A DNA stretch of 64,000 bases from Felis catus. Taxonomy: Eukaryota. The stretch covers positions 73,036,001 to 73,100,000 of the forward strand of contig NC_058376.1 in assembly GCF_018350175.1 (NCBI RefSeq), written 5' to 3'. The notes under the pieces are model-generated. The model worked only from the letters and a program-made list of their open reading frames with translations. It was not told the origin of the DNA and did not search any database. Of this stretch, positions 51,401-64,000 are shown piece by piece. A program made the position numbers and the translations under genes. The number at the start of each line of letters is the position of its first letter. Position 1 is the stretch's first letter.

Positions 51401-52849
51401 AGACTGCACACCCAGGAAAGCTAAAGGTAACAGGGTTGGGAGGCTTATTGAGCGGAGCTGGCCTTGGGTGTGAAAGAGCTAAACCACGGTGCCATTTGCA
51501 GTCTCTGAGAGCTGGCTGAGCTGGGAGAGAAGTGCTGTTAGCCTAGCTGGCTCCTAGTTGGCCAGGTCCCAGAGCCTGGCAAAATTGAAAGCGGAGTTCA
51601 ATGCCTGGGGAAAGGGTGGGGGTGGGGTGATTTGTGCTACATTCTGCTTGGGGTTATTTTAGCATTGAGTTAATTTCGTTATGTTCAAATGTAATCTCAC
51701 ATTTAGTAAGTATGCTAACTTGATTAACCAGAGGATTTTATCCCTACCTACTCCATATATTTTTTTTCTTTATTTCTATTCCGCTGCCCCCTACCTCCGT
51801 AGAGACAGGAAGCATGAAACAAAAGCAGTTAATGTTTTTATGCATTTGCTTTGACTCTAAAAGAGTCAGAGGGAATTTATTCTGCAGCCTTAATTTATTG
51901 TTTGCTATTTGAAGAGATCTAGCAAGATCAAAGTGAGTTTCAACTATGATCACCCATAAAACTCCACAATCCTACACTGCAACCCTTTCTAGCACAGAAC
52001 CAAACATGCTTCTGGACCCTTATGAAATGTAGCAAATGTAATTGCCTTTGACAAGCACAGCTGAGCAGTGTACCTAAGAGTATCAGAATATTAGGGGTAT
52101 GGTAAACCCTATCATAAAAGCTTACCATAAAACTGAGACAAAATCAATGCGGGCTGAGGGCTTAATTTGGACAGAGTTGGGTTTCCCAGTAGGTAAACTA
52201 TTAGTGACAGGCAGTTAGAAAGAATATTCTAGTTAGTTACCTACAATACAACAATATAGTTGTACCATAGTTAAAAAAAAAAAAGAAACGATTCTAGGAA
52301 CAAAGCTGCTTTTCACTTTGGCTTCATTTTTAGTTCAATTCCCTTCCAGACACTGGCTAGAAAACCCCATATATGAGAAACAATGAGGAGCAAATTCTTT
52401 GGTGCTCTAGAATGTTCTTGATAGGAGATATAAGTTTTTTGAAAACCACTATTTCCTGCTTTATGTTTCACAGATGAGAATGTTTGCACAGAAACCACCA
52501 ACCCACGTGGCTCTTACTGCTGGTTTCCCAAATAAGAACTTCTCTCCACAGTCTCCCTTGTCTTGCTTTCTCCGGACTTTCCTGTCCATGGGGGAAAGAA
52601 TGAGACACCAGGTGCTCTGGGGAGAGCTCTGTGGTTCCTACTGAGAGTTTTCTCCCACCTGTGTCGGCCACAGGAGCACACGGAGGGTCTGGAATTCTAT
52701 CCAGAGCACATGCCCACATAATAGGAACACCTGGCTGACACAGATAGGAAGATACACCTTCACGAAAACAGCAACATAGTTCTCATAGAGCTCAGAACCA
52801 AATCTTGGGAGAGACCTAACTAAAAGTCGATGTGTGTGCCCCTCATAAC

Positions 52850-52904
52850 ATTTTGTTTTGTTTTGTTTTGTTTTGTTTTGCTTTGCTTTGCTTTGCTTTG
52901 CTTT
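52850..52904. repeat. Compound (TTTTG)n(CTTTG)n microsatellite
   Basis: Seen directly. Confidence 0.9.
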
Positions 52905-53149
52905 TAGAAAGGGTTCTGAAAAGAAAGAAAATAACTGCTGTGGTTCAATTTATGAAAACCAAGCAATAGGGGGCACCTGGGACAGAACCTAGCATATAAA
53001 AAGCCCTCAATAAAGATTTTGACTGATGGTTGCCTCCTCTACCCTATTCAGTAGCCCTCATTTCTATGAGCTCCTTTCCAGTATTACAGCTGTAAATATT
53101 GCATTCTGCCATGCAGAAGATGATATATAATCAGCTTGTTTTCCAAGAA

Positions 53150-53350
53150 ATTTATATTTTTAAGGTTATTTATTTTGAGAGAGAAAGACAGAGCATGAAC
53201 AGGGAAGGGGGCAGAGGGAGGCAGAGAGAGAATCCCAAGCAAGCTGCACACTCCGCTCAGCATGGAGCCTGGCAGGGGCTCCATCCCGTGAGATTGTGAC
53301 CTGAGCAGAGATCAGTAGTCGCTTAATCAGCTGAGCCACCCAGGCGCTCC
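53150..53350 (-). mobile_element. Can-SINE
   Basis: Reverse SINE ending ccacccaggcgctcc. Confidence 0.88.
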
Positions 53351-54817
53351 AACATTGATGTTTTTAAGGTCAACCATCATTTGGATGGGGGGAATTTCCG
53401 AATGGTTTATTCACCGATTGACCAACACTCGTTCAAGGCTTCTTATGAACAGACACCACATTCATTAAGCTGTGCTGTTGGCAGTGAAGGGAGAAATGCA
53501 CCTGCCCCCAAGTGTCTGTGGGAGAGACAGACACTTAGAAAATTATGGCCCTATGTGATAGAGGAATACAAACAGTTCCTCAAGATCTCGGTGGAGCCAG
53601 AGACTAATTCTGCCCAAGTGGAGTGGGGAAGGAGGTGACCTTTGAGCTGGGGTAATTCCAGGGCAAGAAGGGAGGATGCCATTTCACACAGATTAGGAAA
53701 GGCATGAAAAAGTGAGGGCACATATGTGGTGCTCTGCTACCTTGAGAAGGGTAGTGTGACCGGTGCGAAGAACACAGGGAGAAAGGGAGGGGACGTGAAA
53801 AGAGAAACAGATGGGGCCAGATTGTAAAGGGCCAAGGAATGGGACTTTGTCTTATGCAATAAGCAGTCACTGAAGACTGAGCTCCTTGAGCAAGTGACAG
53901 AAGTGGAGAAGGGTCTAATTGTTTGCTCTGTGCTCAGCACCACAGCTGGCAAAGTGGATTTGAATTTATAGATAAAGAAGGCTCATTACAGAACCCAATT
54001 TTTGTTTTACCATGAGAGCAGTGTGAAGATGAATAGACAGAAAGAAAATGGAGACTGGTCCCTAGACAAATCTGGAGACTGTCACAACGGTCAAATAAAA
54101 ATAAGAAGCTTACGTATTTGAGAAATTTCAAATTGGAACAAATGCAAGTGAGCATAAACATAGTTATTAAAGTAAAACAGTCTCCCTAGTGTAAACAATG
54201 ACTACACAGGCTTCAGGATACATTTCGGGTTTTCCATGAAGTGTTTATATTAAAACATCATACGTATTCTGAATCAAAATCTATACTCCTGATTCCATTA
54301 TGAGTTCAGAGAATATTAAAACAGATTCTGGCAACATTAGCACAATGAAATTACAGTATATGGCACTGCTTGCTGACTTCTTGCAATAATTTACAAACCA
54401 GACCAGTTGAGATGTATGGAAAATTTGCAGTCACAAAAAACTGAGTGATTTCTGGCAGGCACAAGATAAATTTGTAGTTTAGCCAAGAAAATAATTCACA
54501 TTTCCTATTTACTACTCTAAGGCTCTTCGCATTACTTATCCTGCCTTCTTTCCTCTTTCCCTTTTTTTTTTTTTTTGTCTGATAAGTTTTGGAAAAAAGC
54601 AAGTGCTTCTCTAGATTCTCTAAATTTAACTAGTTTTCAAAGGACTGGGAAACATTTGGAAACTAACAAAAGCCTTAATACCTGACAGGTGTGTATATGT
54701 TCTGTGAGTCTTCTTGGAAAAAGTATTTGGCCCATGGGAGGCTTCTATGGTAAAGCTAAGGAATCATTTCAGTAAATATCTTTGAAGAGGACAGTGGAGA
54801 GTTGCAAATCAAAGTCA

Positions 54818-54819
54818 TT

Positions 54820-54866
<47 letters not shown>

Positions 54867-55090
54867 TTTTCTTTTTTGTGGGGGGGGGTATTTATTTTTG
54901 AGATAGAGAGAGACAGACGGAGCATGAGTGGGGGAGGGGCAGAGAGACAGGGAGACAACAGAATCCAAAGTAGTCTCCAGGCTCTGAGCTGTCAGCACAG
55001 AGCCTGACTCAGGCCTTGAACCCACAAACTGTGAGATAATGACCTGAGCCGAAGTCAGACGCTTAACTGACTGAGCGACCCAGGTGCCCC
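54818..55090 (-). mobile_element. Can-SINE with (TTTA)n tail
   Basis: TSD caaagtcattt. Confidence 0.92.
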
Positions 55091-55553
55091 GCAAAGTCAT
55101 TTCAAAGCAGAGAATGATTCATCTTTGTCCTTGGCTTTCTCTCATTTGAATACTTTTTGTATTTTGTTTAAATAATCTTGCCCCTGATGCATGAATTTCT
55201 ACCATGTACTACAAAATCTGTGATTTTCTTGTCCTGTGGAGAGACTACTTGAAAAGGAAAAGAACAACGTGCTATTCTTGGCAAGCAAAGAGCTGCTGCT
55301 GACTCAGTGGTCATTAAGTCACAACGTTTGGGTTATTGGTCCAGAGGTTGGGAGGCAAGCACTACCATTGCTCTGCTCAGTGAACCCTGGTTGATGACTT
55401 AGGCAGGCTAGGTGAAGCCAGCCACCTAGATTTGTAGGTTTGAAATTCTGTTCTCCGTGAGAAACGAAGTGGTATTGGCCTCAATAGGCAGTTTCAATGA
55501 GCAGAGAGCCAAGTGGCTTAGCCACATAAGGGCGTACGTTAAAAGTGTCTCCT

Positions 55554-56235
55554 GGGGCACCTGGGTGCTCAGTCAGTGAAGCATCTGACTCTTGATGTTG
55601 GCTCAGGACATGATCTCACTGTTCATGAATTTGAGCCCCACATTTATGCTGATAGCGCAAAGCCTGCTTGGGATTCTCTCTCCCTCCCTCTCTGTCCCTC
55701 TCCTCACTCTCTCGCACGTTCTCCCTCTCTCTCCCTCAAAACAAATAAACTTTTTAGAAAAAAAGCATTGGGGGGCACCTGGGTGGCGCAGCCAGTTAAG
55801 TGTCCAACTCTTAACCTTGGCTCAGGTCACGATCTCACAGTTTGTGAGTTTGAGCCCTGCATCGGGCTCCACACTAAGGCTGAACATGGATCCTGCTTAA
55901 GATTCACTGCCTCATGGGGCGCCTGGGTGGCACAGTCGGTTAAGCCTCCGACTTCAGCCAGGTCACGATCTCGCGGTCCGTGAGTTCGAGCCCCGTGTCA
56001 GGCTCTGGGCTGATGGCTCAGAGCCTGGAGCCTGTTTCCGATTCTGTGTCTCCCTCTCTCTCTGCCCCTCCCCCGTTCATGCTCTGTCTCTCTCTGTCCC
56101 AAAAATAAATAAATAAACGTTGAAAAAAGAAAAATTAAAAAAAAAAAAAGATTCACTCCCTCTTCCTCTGCCCCTCCCCCCAACTCGTGCTATCTCTCTC
56201 ACTCTCTCTAAAAAAAAAAATAAGTAAATAAATTA
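55554..56235 (+). mobile_element. Cluster of three Can-SINEs, the youngest (55916-56147) nested inside the second
   Basis: Inner TSD aagattcact(g/c)cctc; outer flanks share aaaagtgtc. Confidence 0.92.
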
Positions 56236-57989
56236 AAAAGTGTCCTGTCCTCTCTATATGTGGCATTGAATCAGGCAATCATGATGAATTCTTCAAAAAG
56301 AAAGCAGGAATAATTGTGAGATAAGACTCAAAAATGTATATATTTTTAAATATATGATTTATTTTGAGCTCCATAGCTACCTCCAGAAACTGGATCCACG
56401 ATGGAAGATTCCATCCACAATCCATCTCTTGGAAGCCAAACCCTCAACACTCAGGAAATAATACAAATACAGCCAAATTTAGTGTTTGATCTATTTTGTC
56501 CAGATGACTTCCTACAAGAGTGGATCTCAGCAAAGCATAGAAGGAGAGTTCTATTTAGGGGCATTGGGAAATCTTCTTTGGGCCACACTGAGGAATCAAG
56601 TGGTTCAATTGTTCTAAACTATAAGGAAAAACTGTACTGGTACTCACAATCTTGCAAACTAACGTTTTATTCTTTTTTTAAATATTAAGAAAGTCCTATT
56701 CATTTGCATTCACTTTTAGTGGGGTTGGGAGTGGAAGAAATAATACAAAAGGCAAAGTTTTAATTTTGATGAGGGAAACATTTTTTTCCAAGGTTCTTCA
56801 GAGAACTCGTCATTATTTCCTGTTCCAAAGTATTTTATTTTATTAACTGTAATAAAACACATTATGTCATACTGTGGTACACGTTTTCATTAGAGGGTCT
56901 CAAAGCAAGACAGTGTTTAATTAAGGGCCCAGTCACAGGTTCAGGGAGGTGACTGTGGGCCCAAGCAGGAACAAAGCAAATCTGCCCAATAACTTAGAAT
57001 ATGATGGAAGTTTTGTGTGATGGGAAAGGACTCAGGAAGGAAAGTGGCCATCCTGCTTCCCCCTTAATGAGAACCTTCTCTCTAACCCAGGGGTGGGCAG
57101 GGCTGTTAGCAAGTGAGGTCAGATCCAATCCAAGGTGGAGAGGGAGGAGGGCAGCTGGGGACCTGTGGCTTGGAACAGAGGTAGGGCAAGGAGAGGGAGG
57201 TGCCAAGAATGGCTGTGGAGGCCCTGCCTGGGGAAATCCTTGGGGAACACAGGGGACCCTGACTGGCAAAGCTGTTGCCTTTCTGCCCTTCCTGCTCACT
57301 TCCCTTCTGTTATCACCATTCAACAGCCATTTTTTAAAATTTTTTAAATTTTTATTTTTTTTTTTAACTGAAGCCCTGTTTCATGCCAAGATCTCAGCTA
57401 GATGCTGGATTCCAGACAATAAAAGCAGAATAGTTTTCAGGAACCCTGAGGTCATTTCTGAGGAGCAGAGTTCTAGAGACATGAACTGTGTTGCTCCTTA
57501 AGGCACAGAGCCTGTATTAAGGAAGGTGAGATTTGGGGCCCAGAGATATGAGGTGAGTGAGATGGCTGCCACTGGGGTAAGATAGACTGCAGCCCTTCCC
57601 CCCATCCACAGTCTCTTACCCCACCCCCAACCCCGGTGGACCCACTGGGTAGGGCTGGGAACCAGGTATCCACTCAACCTGAGGAAGAACTTTCTGAGTC
57701 AGAAGTGTCCAAAGATAAAATGAGCTGTGTTGGGGGTGGCAAACTGCTGGCCACTGGGGTTATTGGAGAGAAGGCTGGATAGTTACTGGTGGGATTGACA
57801 AGATCTCTTCCATACTCACGATCTATTAATCCCCAATGGGCTGGTCTCCTGGAGATGGCAGTTCCGGGTGAACTAGACTGCTCTGCTCTAGTGGGTCATA
57901 AGGATGATGAGGTCTGATCAGGAAAGGGTGGTAGGAGAAAGCCTGGTGACGAAGGAGTTGGGAACTGAGGGTAGGAGTGGGAGGGAAGG

Positions 57990-58413
57990 GAGTATATAGG
58001 GCTACCATAACAAAGGACCACAAACTGGGTAGCTCTAAACAACAGAAATTTAGAATTTCACAGTTCTGAAGCTAGAAGTCCAAAACCAAGATGTCAGCAG
58101 GGCTGGTTCCTTCTGAGCACTCTAAAGGAGAATCTGTTCCGTGCTTCTCCCAGCTTTGGATAACCCCTGTTTTACCTTGGCTTATAGATGCATCACTCCA
58201 GTCCTCTGCCATCACATGGCATTCTCTGTCTTTATATGGTCATCTTCTTACAGAGATACCAATCATATTAGACTAAAAGCCCATCCAACTCCAGTATGAC
58301 CGCATATTAATTTAACTAGTTAGATCTGCAATTACCTTATTTCCACCTAAGTTTACACTCTGAGGTTCTTCAACATATCTTATTTTTAGGGGGACACAAT
58401 TCAATCCATAACA
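57990..58413 (-). mobile_element. MLT1B/C-like solo LTR
   Basis: agggctaccataacaaaggaccacaaactgggt...ggggacacaattcaatccataaca. Confidence 0.85.
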
Positions 58414-58756
58414 GGAAGCAACTTGGTTAATCTCTGAGACTTCTACCTTTGCAATCTGTACAACTCCTGATGCTGACACTGCATGGTGAGAGGCTGGGTA
58501 GGGCTGGAGTGGACACCACTCCCTCTGTTAGCCCTAGCTTGACTATATACAACACGGTTCTGAGATTGTTACCAGAGCTTCAAAAAATTCTGCCCTTTCA
58601 TTCCACAGAATCTTCATCTCCTTACAACATCCACAACCTGGACACCCGCATATCCTGTGCATATCCTGACACCTTAGAGTCTCAAGCTGTCTCCTTTTAT
58701 CAAAGTCCTCTCTGAGATCTTTCCTTCACACTCAGGCATAGAATAACTTGGGGAGG

Positions 58757-58757
<1 letters not shown>

Positions 58758-58789
<32 letters not shown>
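58758..58789. repeat. (GT)n microsatellite
   Basis: Seen directly. Confidence 0.95.
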
Positions 58790-58792
<3 letters not shown>

Positions 58793-59499
58793 GTTTTGTT
58801 TGTTTCTCCTTTGGGATTCTTCTTAGAACCACCTAGACAGCACCCAAGATTTCTGGCCAATTTTATGCAGTGTTGGACAACTGGGTATCTTAAATGAATT
58901 TCCTAAAATTTGTAGGGAGACACATTATAAACTGCAATTCTAGAAAAATTTCCCTGCAATATTTTTCCATGGGATTACAAACACATAGGGAGAATGTGGT
59001 AAAATGGGGGAAGACCAGACCCAGAAACACCAGAGGTCAGAAGTCTCAAATTCTATGACCGCACACTACAATTGACATTAGTGGTTGGGTCACTCTTCTC
59101 TGTCCTTTAGCTATGCCAATGGTAAAACTAGGTTAGACTATTTCAATGCTGGTATTCTATGATTTCATAGAAGTCAATATTCTGTGATTTCAAAGCAGGT
59201 CTCTAAGGAGCATTCTAATGCAAATATTCCATGAATTTATAATAGCTAAAACATTTTATGCGGTTAAATGGAAATAAAGAGGGGACACATATATCATTTC
59301 TCTGAAAATCAGATAGTATCTTTGGGGAATGATGTCACCTTGAGCGTCAGTTTTCCTATCTATAAAACAGAAATAACAATATGGACCCTATAAAGTGGTG
59401 GGAGTGAGAGAGCTGTAACTCGCTCTCCCTCTCTCTCTCTCTTCCTCCCGAGAGGCAAACCAGAAACCACTGAACCTTCTCTAAAACAGCTCCTGGGCT

Positions 59500-60255
<756 letters not shown>

Positions 60256-61440
60256 AGAGTGATTTAAAGAAGACAGGAGCTATGACGTTTATCATTTTTG
60301 TTTTTTTAAAAGTATATGCGCAGATGTAATATTTTGTAAAACAAACATCTGATCTTTGAACTTTGGGAAATTAGGAACATTAAAGAATCAAATAGAAGTT
60401 TCAGAGCTTCACCTGTTAAGCTTTTATAATTTCTTAACTTCGTATCTGAGGTATCTAAAATTTTTCAATGATAAAAGTCTTTTCTTATTATGTGAACCCT
60501 TTAAAATCTGGTCTCAAGCCAATAGGAGACCTCTCCATAAAAGAGACCCTTTTCCCCATTTTTCTAATTGAGCTTCCACAGTCATTCCTTTTTAGGTGAA
60601 GATCATGCCTCACTCAGTCTGGTATGGTAGATCCTGGTTTGTCATTTTCTCTCCACTAAGGGGAACAAAAATTTTCCAAGTCTTTGGTCTATATTTAATG
60701 AAAATATACTTACTGCTAATTGTTTTTGTATCTGCAGCAAGAATTAGTACTTTCTAGTCTTTGTTCCTCTTGGAAGGCATAACTAAACTCAGAACAGTTC
60801 AGAGAGTAGCAACTTAAAATGATCTGGTGATGTTTTGGTCTTTCATACTCACACATACACATGTAAAAAGATGTTGCCCAATAGCATTTTGTTATAGTAA
60901 ATAATTGGAAACAACCCAAGGTCTGTTAATAAGGACTGGTGAAATATTAATTATGGTACATTTATATAATGAAACAATACACCAGCCTTTTAAAAAGAAT
61001 GAGATAGATGTATTTGCACAGAGGAAGATCTCCAAGGTGCCATGCTCAATGAAAAAATAAGTAGTACAGTACAGTAGAGTGTAAAACATACCACTGGATT
61101 AGAAGTGCTAGGGGGCTTCGGTGTTGTTAAGATAACTAAAAGTATAAAGACTCCTCATTCTGGAGAGAAGTTACTGAAATCTGTAGTCATAAAGGTAAAA
61201 TGAGGATGTTTGTAAAAATTTAAAATATTGCAACTAGAGCAAACCTGTTCAAATATCAATTTAGGTCTATAAAGTGAACTACTGCTATCAAATTTCCCAC
61301 CACATAGATTTATGGAAATTTGTGTTACCTTAAAGAAAACACTAAGTAGGATGACAGCATAGAATCATGGCCTTTGGATGCTTGACTTACATTCTCTAAC
61401 AGGAAATTTTCAAACCTGTCTTTTGGGTAAGCTGCTTCAA

Positions 61441-61474
61441 GTGGGAATTGGTGGGGAATTGGTGGGGAATTGGT
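61441..61474 (+). repeat. 11-bp tandem repeat (ggggaattggt) x ~3
   Basis: Seen directly. Confidence 0.85.
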
Positions 61475-62153
61475 TGTAGGTTACTAAATTAAGAAAACAA
61501 ATCTCACGGGCACACAGCTATAGCAGGAAGACCAAGATAGTTTACAAAACAAAACAAACTGCAGAAAGCTCTTATGCAGTTTCAGAGTATTCAACCACAA
61601 GAGTATGGTTCTCACTGGCAAGCTTAATTTGAGTTTCTTTTTGTTTGGCTACCAAGTAACTTACTGTTTTTCTCTTTCTCTGCTTCCTTATCTTCTACTT
61701 ATTCTCAACTTTGATCTGCCATAATTTCCTGTGGCCTTACTCAGTGGGTTAGCCTCTCTCTGTTATTGGCTGGGGTTTACTTCCAGGTCTTCCTGCCTTG
61801 AAAACCACTATCCTAGACTGCTAGCAGGACAGATTCACTTAGAAGGGACCTTTTACAAGGTTCCAGGGTAGATGATTTTGACTGACTTGTCCAGTTGAGA
61901 GGGTTAGTACTGAAGTCTTCAGAGCTCTAATTCATTGAGGTTCATGTTTGGTTCCAAGTAGTAAAAGGGGATGGGTTTTTTCATGATCAGTGTTAATGAT
62001 TACAGTCATGTAGCAAAGAAAATTCTATTGGTAATACACTCCACATTGTTTATGTCATAGCTTATGCAAACAGTATTATTATGAGAGCCTCTTTGAACAG
62101 AAATGATAAAAAACAAAAAACAGTTGAACACTCTTTGTAATGTTTTGATTTTA

Positions 62154-62334
62154 TTCCAACGTTTTTTATTTATTTTGGGGACAGAGAGAGACAGAGCATG
62201 AACGGGGGAGGGGCAGAGAGAGAGGGAGACACAGAATCGGAAACAGGCTCCAGGCTCCGAGCCATCAACCCAGAGCCTGACGCGGGGCTCGAACTCACGG
62301 ACCTCGAGATCATGACCTGGCTGAAGTCGGACGA
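62154..62334 (-). mobile_element. 5'-truncated young SINEC_Fc-type SINE
   Basis: Perfect TSD gtaatgttttgatttta (62137-62153 / 62335-62351). Confidence 0.93.
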
Positions 62335-62529
62335 GTAATGTTTTGATTTTAAATACAACCAGTATTCCCCCTTTCCTGTAAAAAGGACTGAAAATAAATA
62401 GCTATCTTAGTTACAATACACTGAAAATTCAGCAACTAGTAAGTGTAGTGTAATAGTTTACCTTTAAATGTTTGGACCAGAGTATAAGGCAAAAGAATCT
62501 CAGATTACTGTGAAAATGACCAGGGATCT

Positions 62530-62965
62530 AAGTCAATTCTTGTTACTCTTAGTAGTTCTGTTCTGTATAATAACCACAGACACTGAATTAGTGAGTACTG
62601 AACCATTGCTCCAAGGGAAAATACAGAGTTAGGTTCCTGCAAGGTTCCTTCTTGTGCCTAGAGCACTAGACAACACTTTAGCACTACACTTGGGAGCCAT
62701 TTAAAACAATACATTCAACAAAAAAGCAAAAAACGTGGTACTAAATGGACTGCAAAAGAGACACTTATTACAACATGAGTGCTAAAGCAAGAAGATAAAG
62801 TATCCCCTTGTTTAACAGCTGGAAAGATGTGCATGGAGCAACTCAAATTTTTCCCTGTTCTGTGCATGTCTGTGAGGGATGGAGAAAACGCCTCAGGTAT
62901 TGATTTTGGAGTTACAAATTTTATCAAGTAGGCATATTTGCAAATTCAGAATCTGCAAGTAACCA
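62530..62965 (+). mobile_element. MER82-like Tigger-family DNA transposon
   Basis: cactgaattagtgagtactgaaccattgctccaagggaaaatacagagttaggttcctgc matches the recalled MER82 consensus. Confidence 0.75.
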
Positions 62966-63832
62966 TACCTTTTATTGGTGCCTTTATCAAGTCGTAGTTT
63001 TCCTTTTTCTGCACATACCACTGCTTCACCCTGGTTTCATTAGTTATGAGGATATTATTTAACATTTTGTTTAACATAGAGAGAGACATGTTACCAAGGG
63101 ATTTTTTTTTTCCTAAGGCCAGAAGTTGAGTTGTCTTATTCCAGTGGTCTCTAAACTTTTTGTTGTGTATCTTTTTAGTAGGAAAAAAATATGCTTCAAA
63201 TATGTTTGTTTATAATTTATCTTATATATTACTATCATTAGATAATATTTCAAGGCTCATTATACACTTAAAGTGAGATTCATATAATGTCATATTTCAA
63301 ATAGTCCTGGAATATTTTTTATACAGTTCTTGTCAAACTTTTTTTGATGTCTCAGTGCTATTATTTTCTTATTCTTGTTACGGTACTGTTATCGTCAATG
63401 AATGGTTTCTTCAGTTACCACTTGTCAGATACCATTTTTTGAGGGTTAGTTCCACTGGACAGAATCTGTAAATCCACATAACCAGTTATAGGTAAATCTC
63501 AATTTTATCACATTGTTCAGCTAATTAGAACACCACTGTCATCTCCTATGATTTTGGAATTCCCATTCTATCAGGATACCTTGAATATAGTGTACAACTT
63601 GTGAAGGTCTAACATAACAGATCTGGTGAGTAGTCATGTGCATTTCATCAGAAATGAGAAACCATGTATTCTAAAATGTACCATGATTTTATGTACCACC
63701 AAGAAAGAAAAAAATACTGTCAATTATAAGATGCCATCCATTTTAAGATACACTGTTTTCAGAGAGGTTGAAATGAGAAACGTGTGCATTTTGAATTGGT
63801 GAAAATAATGAAGTTAAATGTTACTAAAGACA

Positions 63833-64000
63833 GGGCGCCTGGGTGGCTCAGTTGGTTAAGCATTGGACTTGAGCTCAGGTTATGATCTCATGGTCCATGA
63901 GTTCCAGCCCTGCATTAGGCTCTGTGCTGACAGCTCAGAGCCTGGAGCCTGCTTAGGATTGTGTCTCCCTTGCTCTCTGCCCCTCCGCCACTCGCACGTG
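63833..64000 (+). mobile_element. Can-SINE truncated by the window edge
   Basis: gggcgcctgggtggctcagttggttaagc head. Confidence 0.92.

Noticed and set aside
52968-52981. gggggcacctggg as a SINE insertion
   Set aside because: Only ~13 nt match, with no body or TSD; chance or a deletion remnant.

Overview
Mammalian genomic DNA, almost certainly from a felid: it is dense in carnivore tRNA-derived Can-SINEs, including young SINEC_Fc-type copies, and has four assembly gaps. It contains a complete + strand APOD gene (TATA ~21812, non-coding exon 1, four coding exons joining into a 570-nt, 189-aa lipocalin ORF, AATAAA at 38399) and the CpG-island promoter plus first coding exon of PPP1R2 (59945-60066). 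The main hidden feature, missed by the ORF track, lies at ~341-12310: a decayed, intron-containing pseudogene of a very-long-chain acyl-CoA dehydrogenase (ACADVL) paralog. Its remnants match ACADVL exons 13, 14, 15, 16, 18, 19 and 20 in order and approximately in length and phase, keep the catalytic Glu motif (YEGTNE), and carry stops, frameshifts and broken splice sites. Its position beside APOD/PPP1R2 suggests a lost vertebrate whole-genome-duplication ohnolog of ACADVL. The rest is SINE, L1, L2, LTR and DNA-transposon relics, with several informative structures: nested insertions, a possible SINE 3' transduction, an antisense solo LTR in APOD intron 1, and a perfect 19-bp inverted repeat in the PPP1R2 promoter. 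Reference sequences used for comparison are recalled from memory, not searched, and need alignment to confirm.
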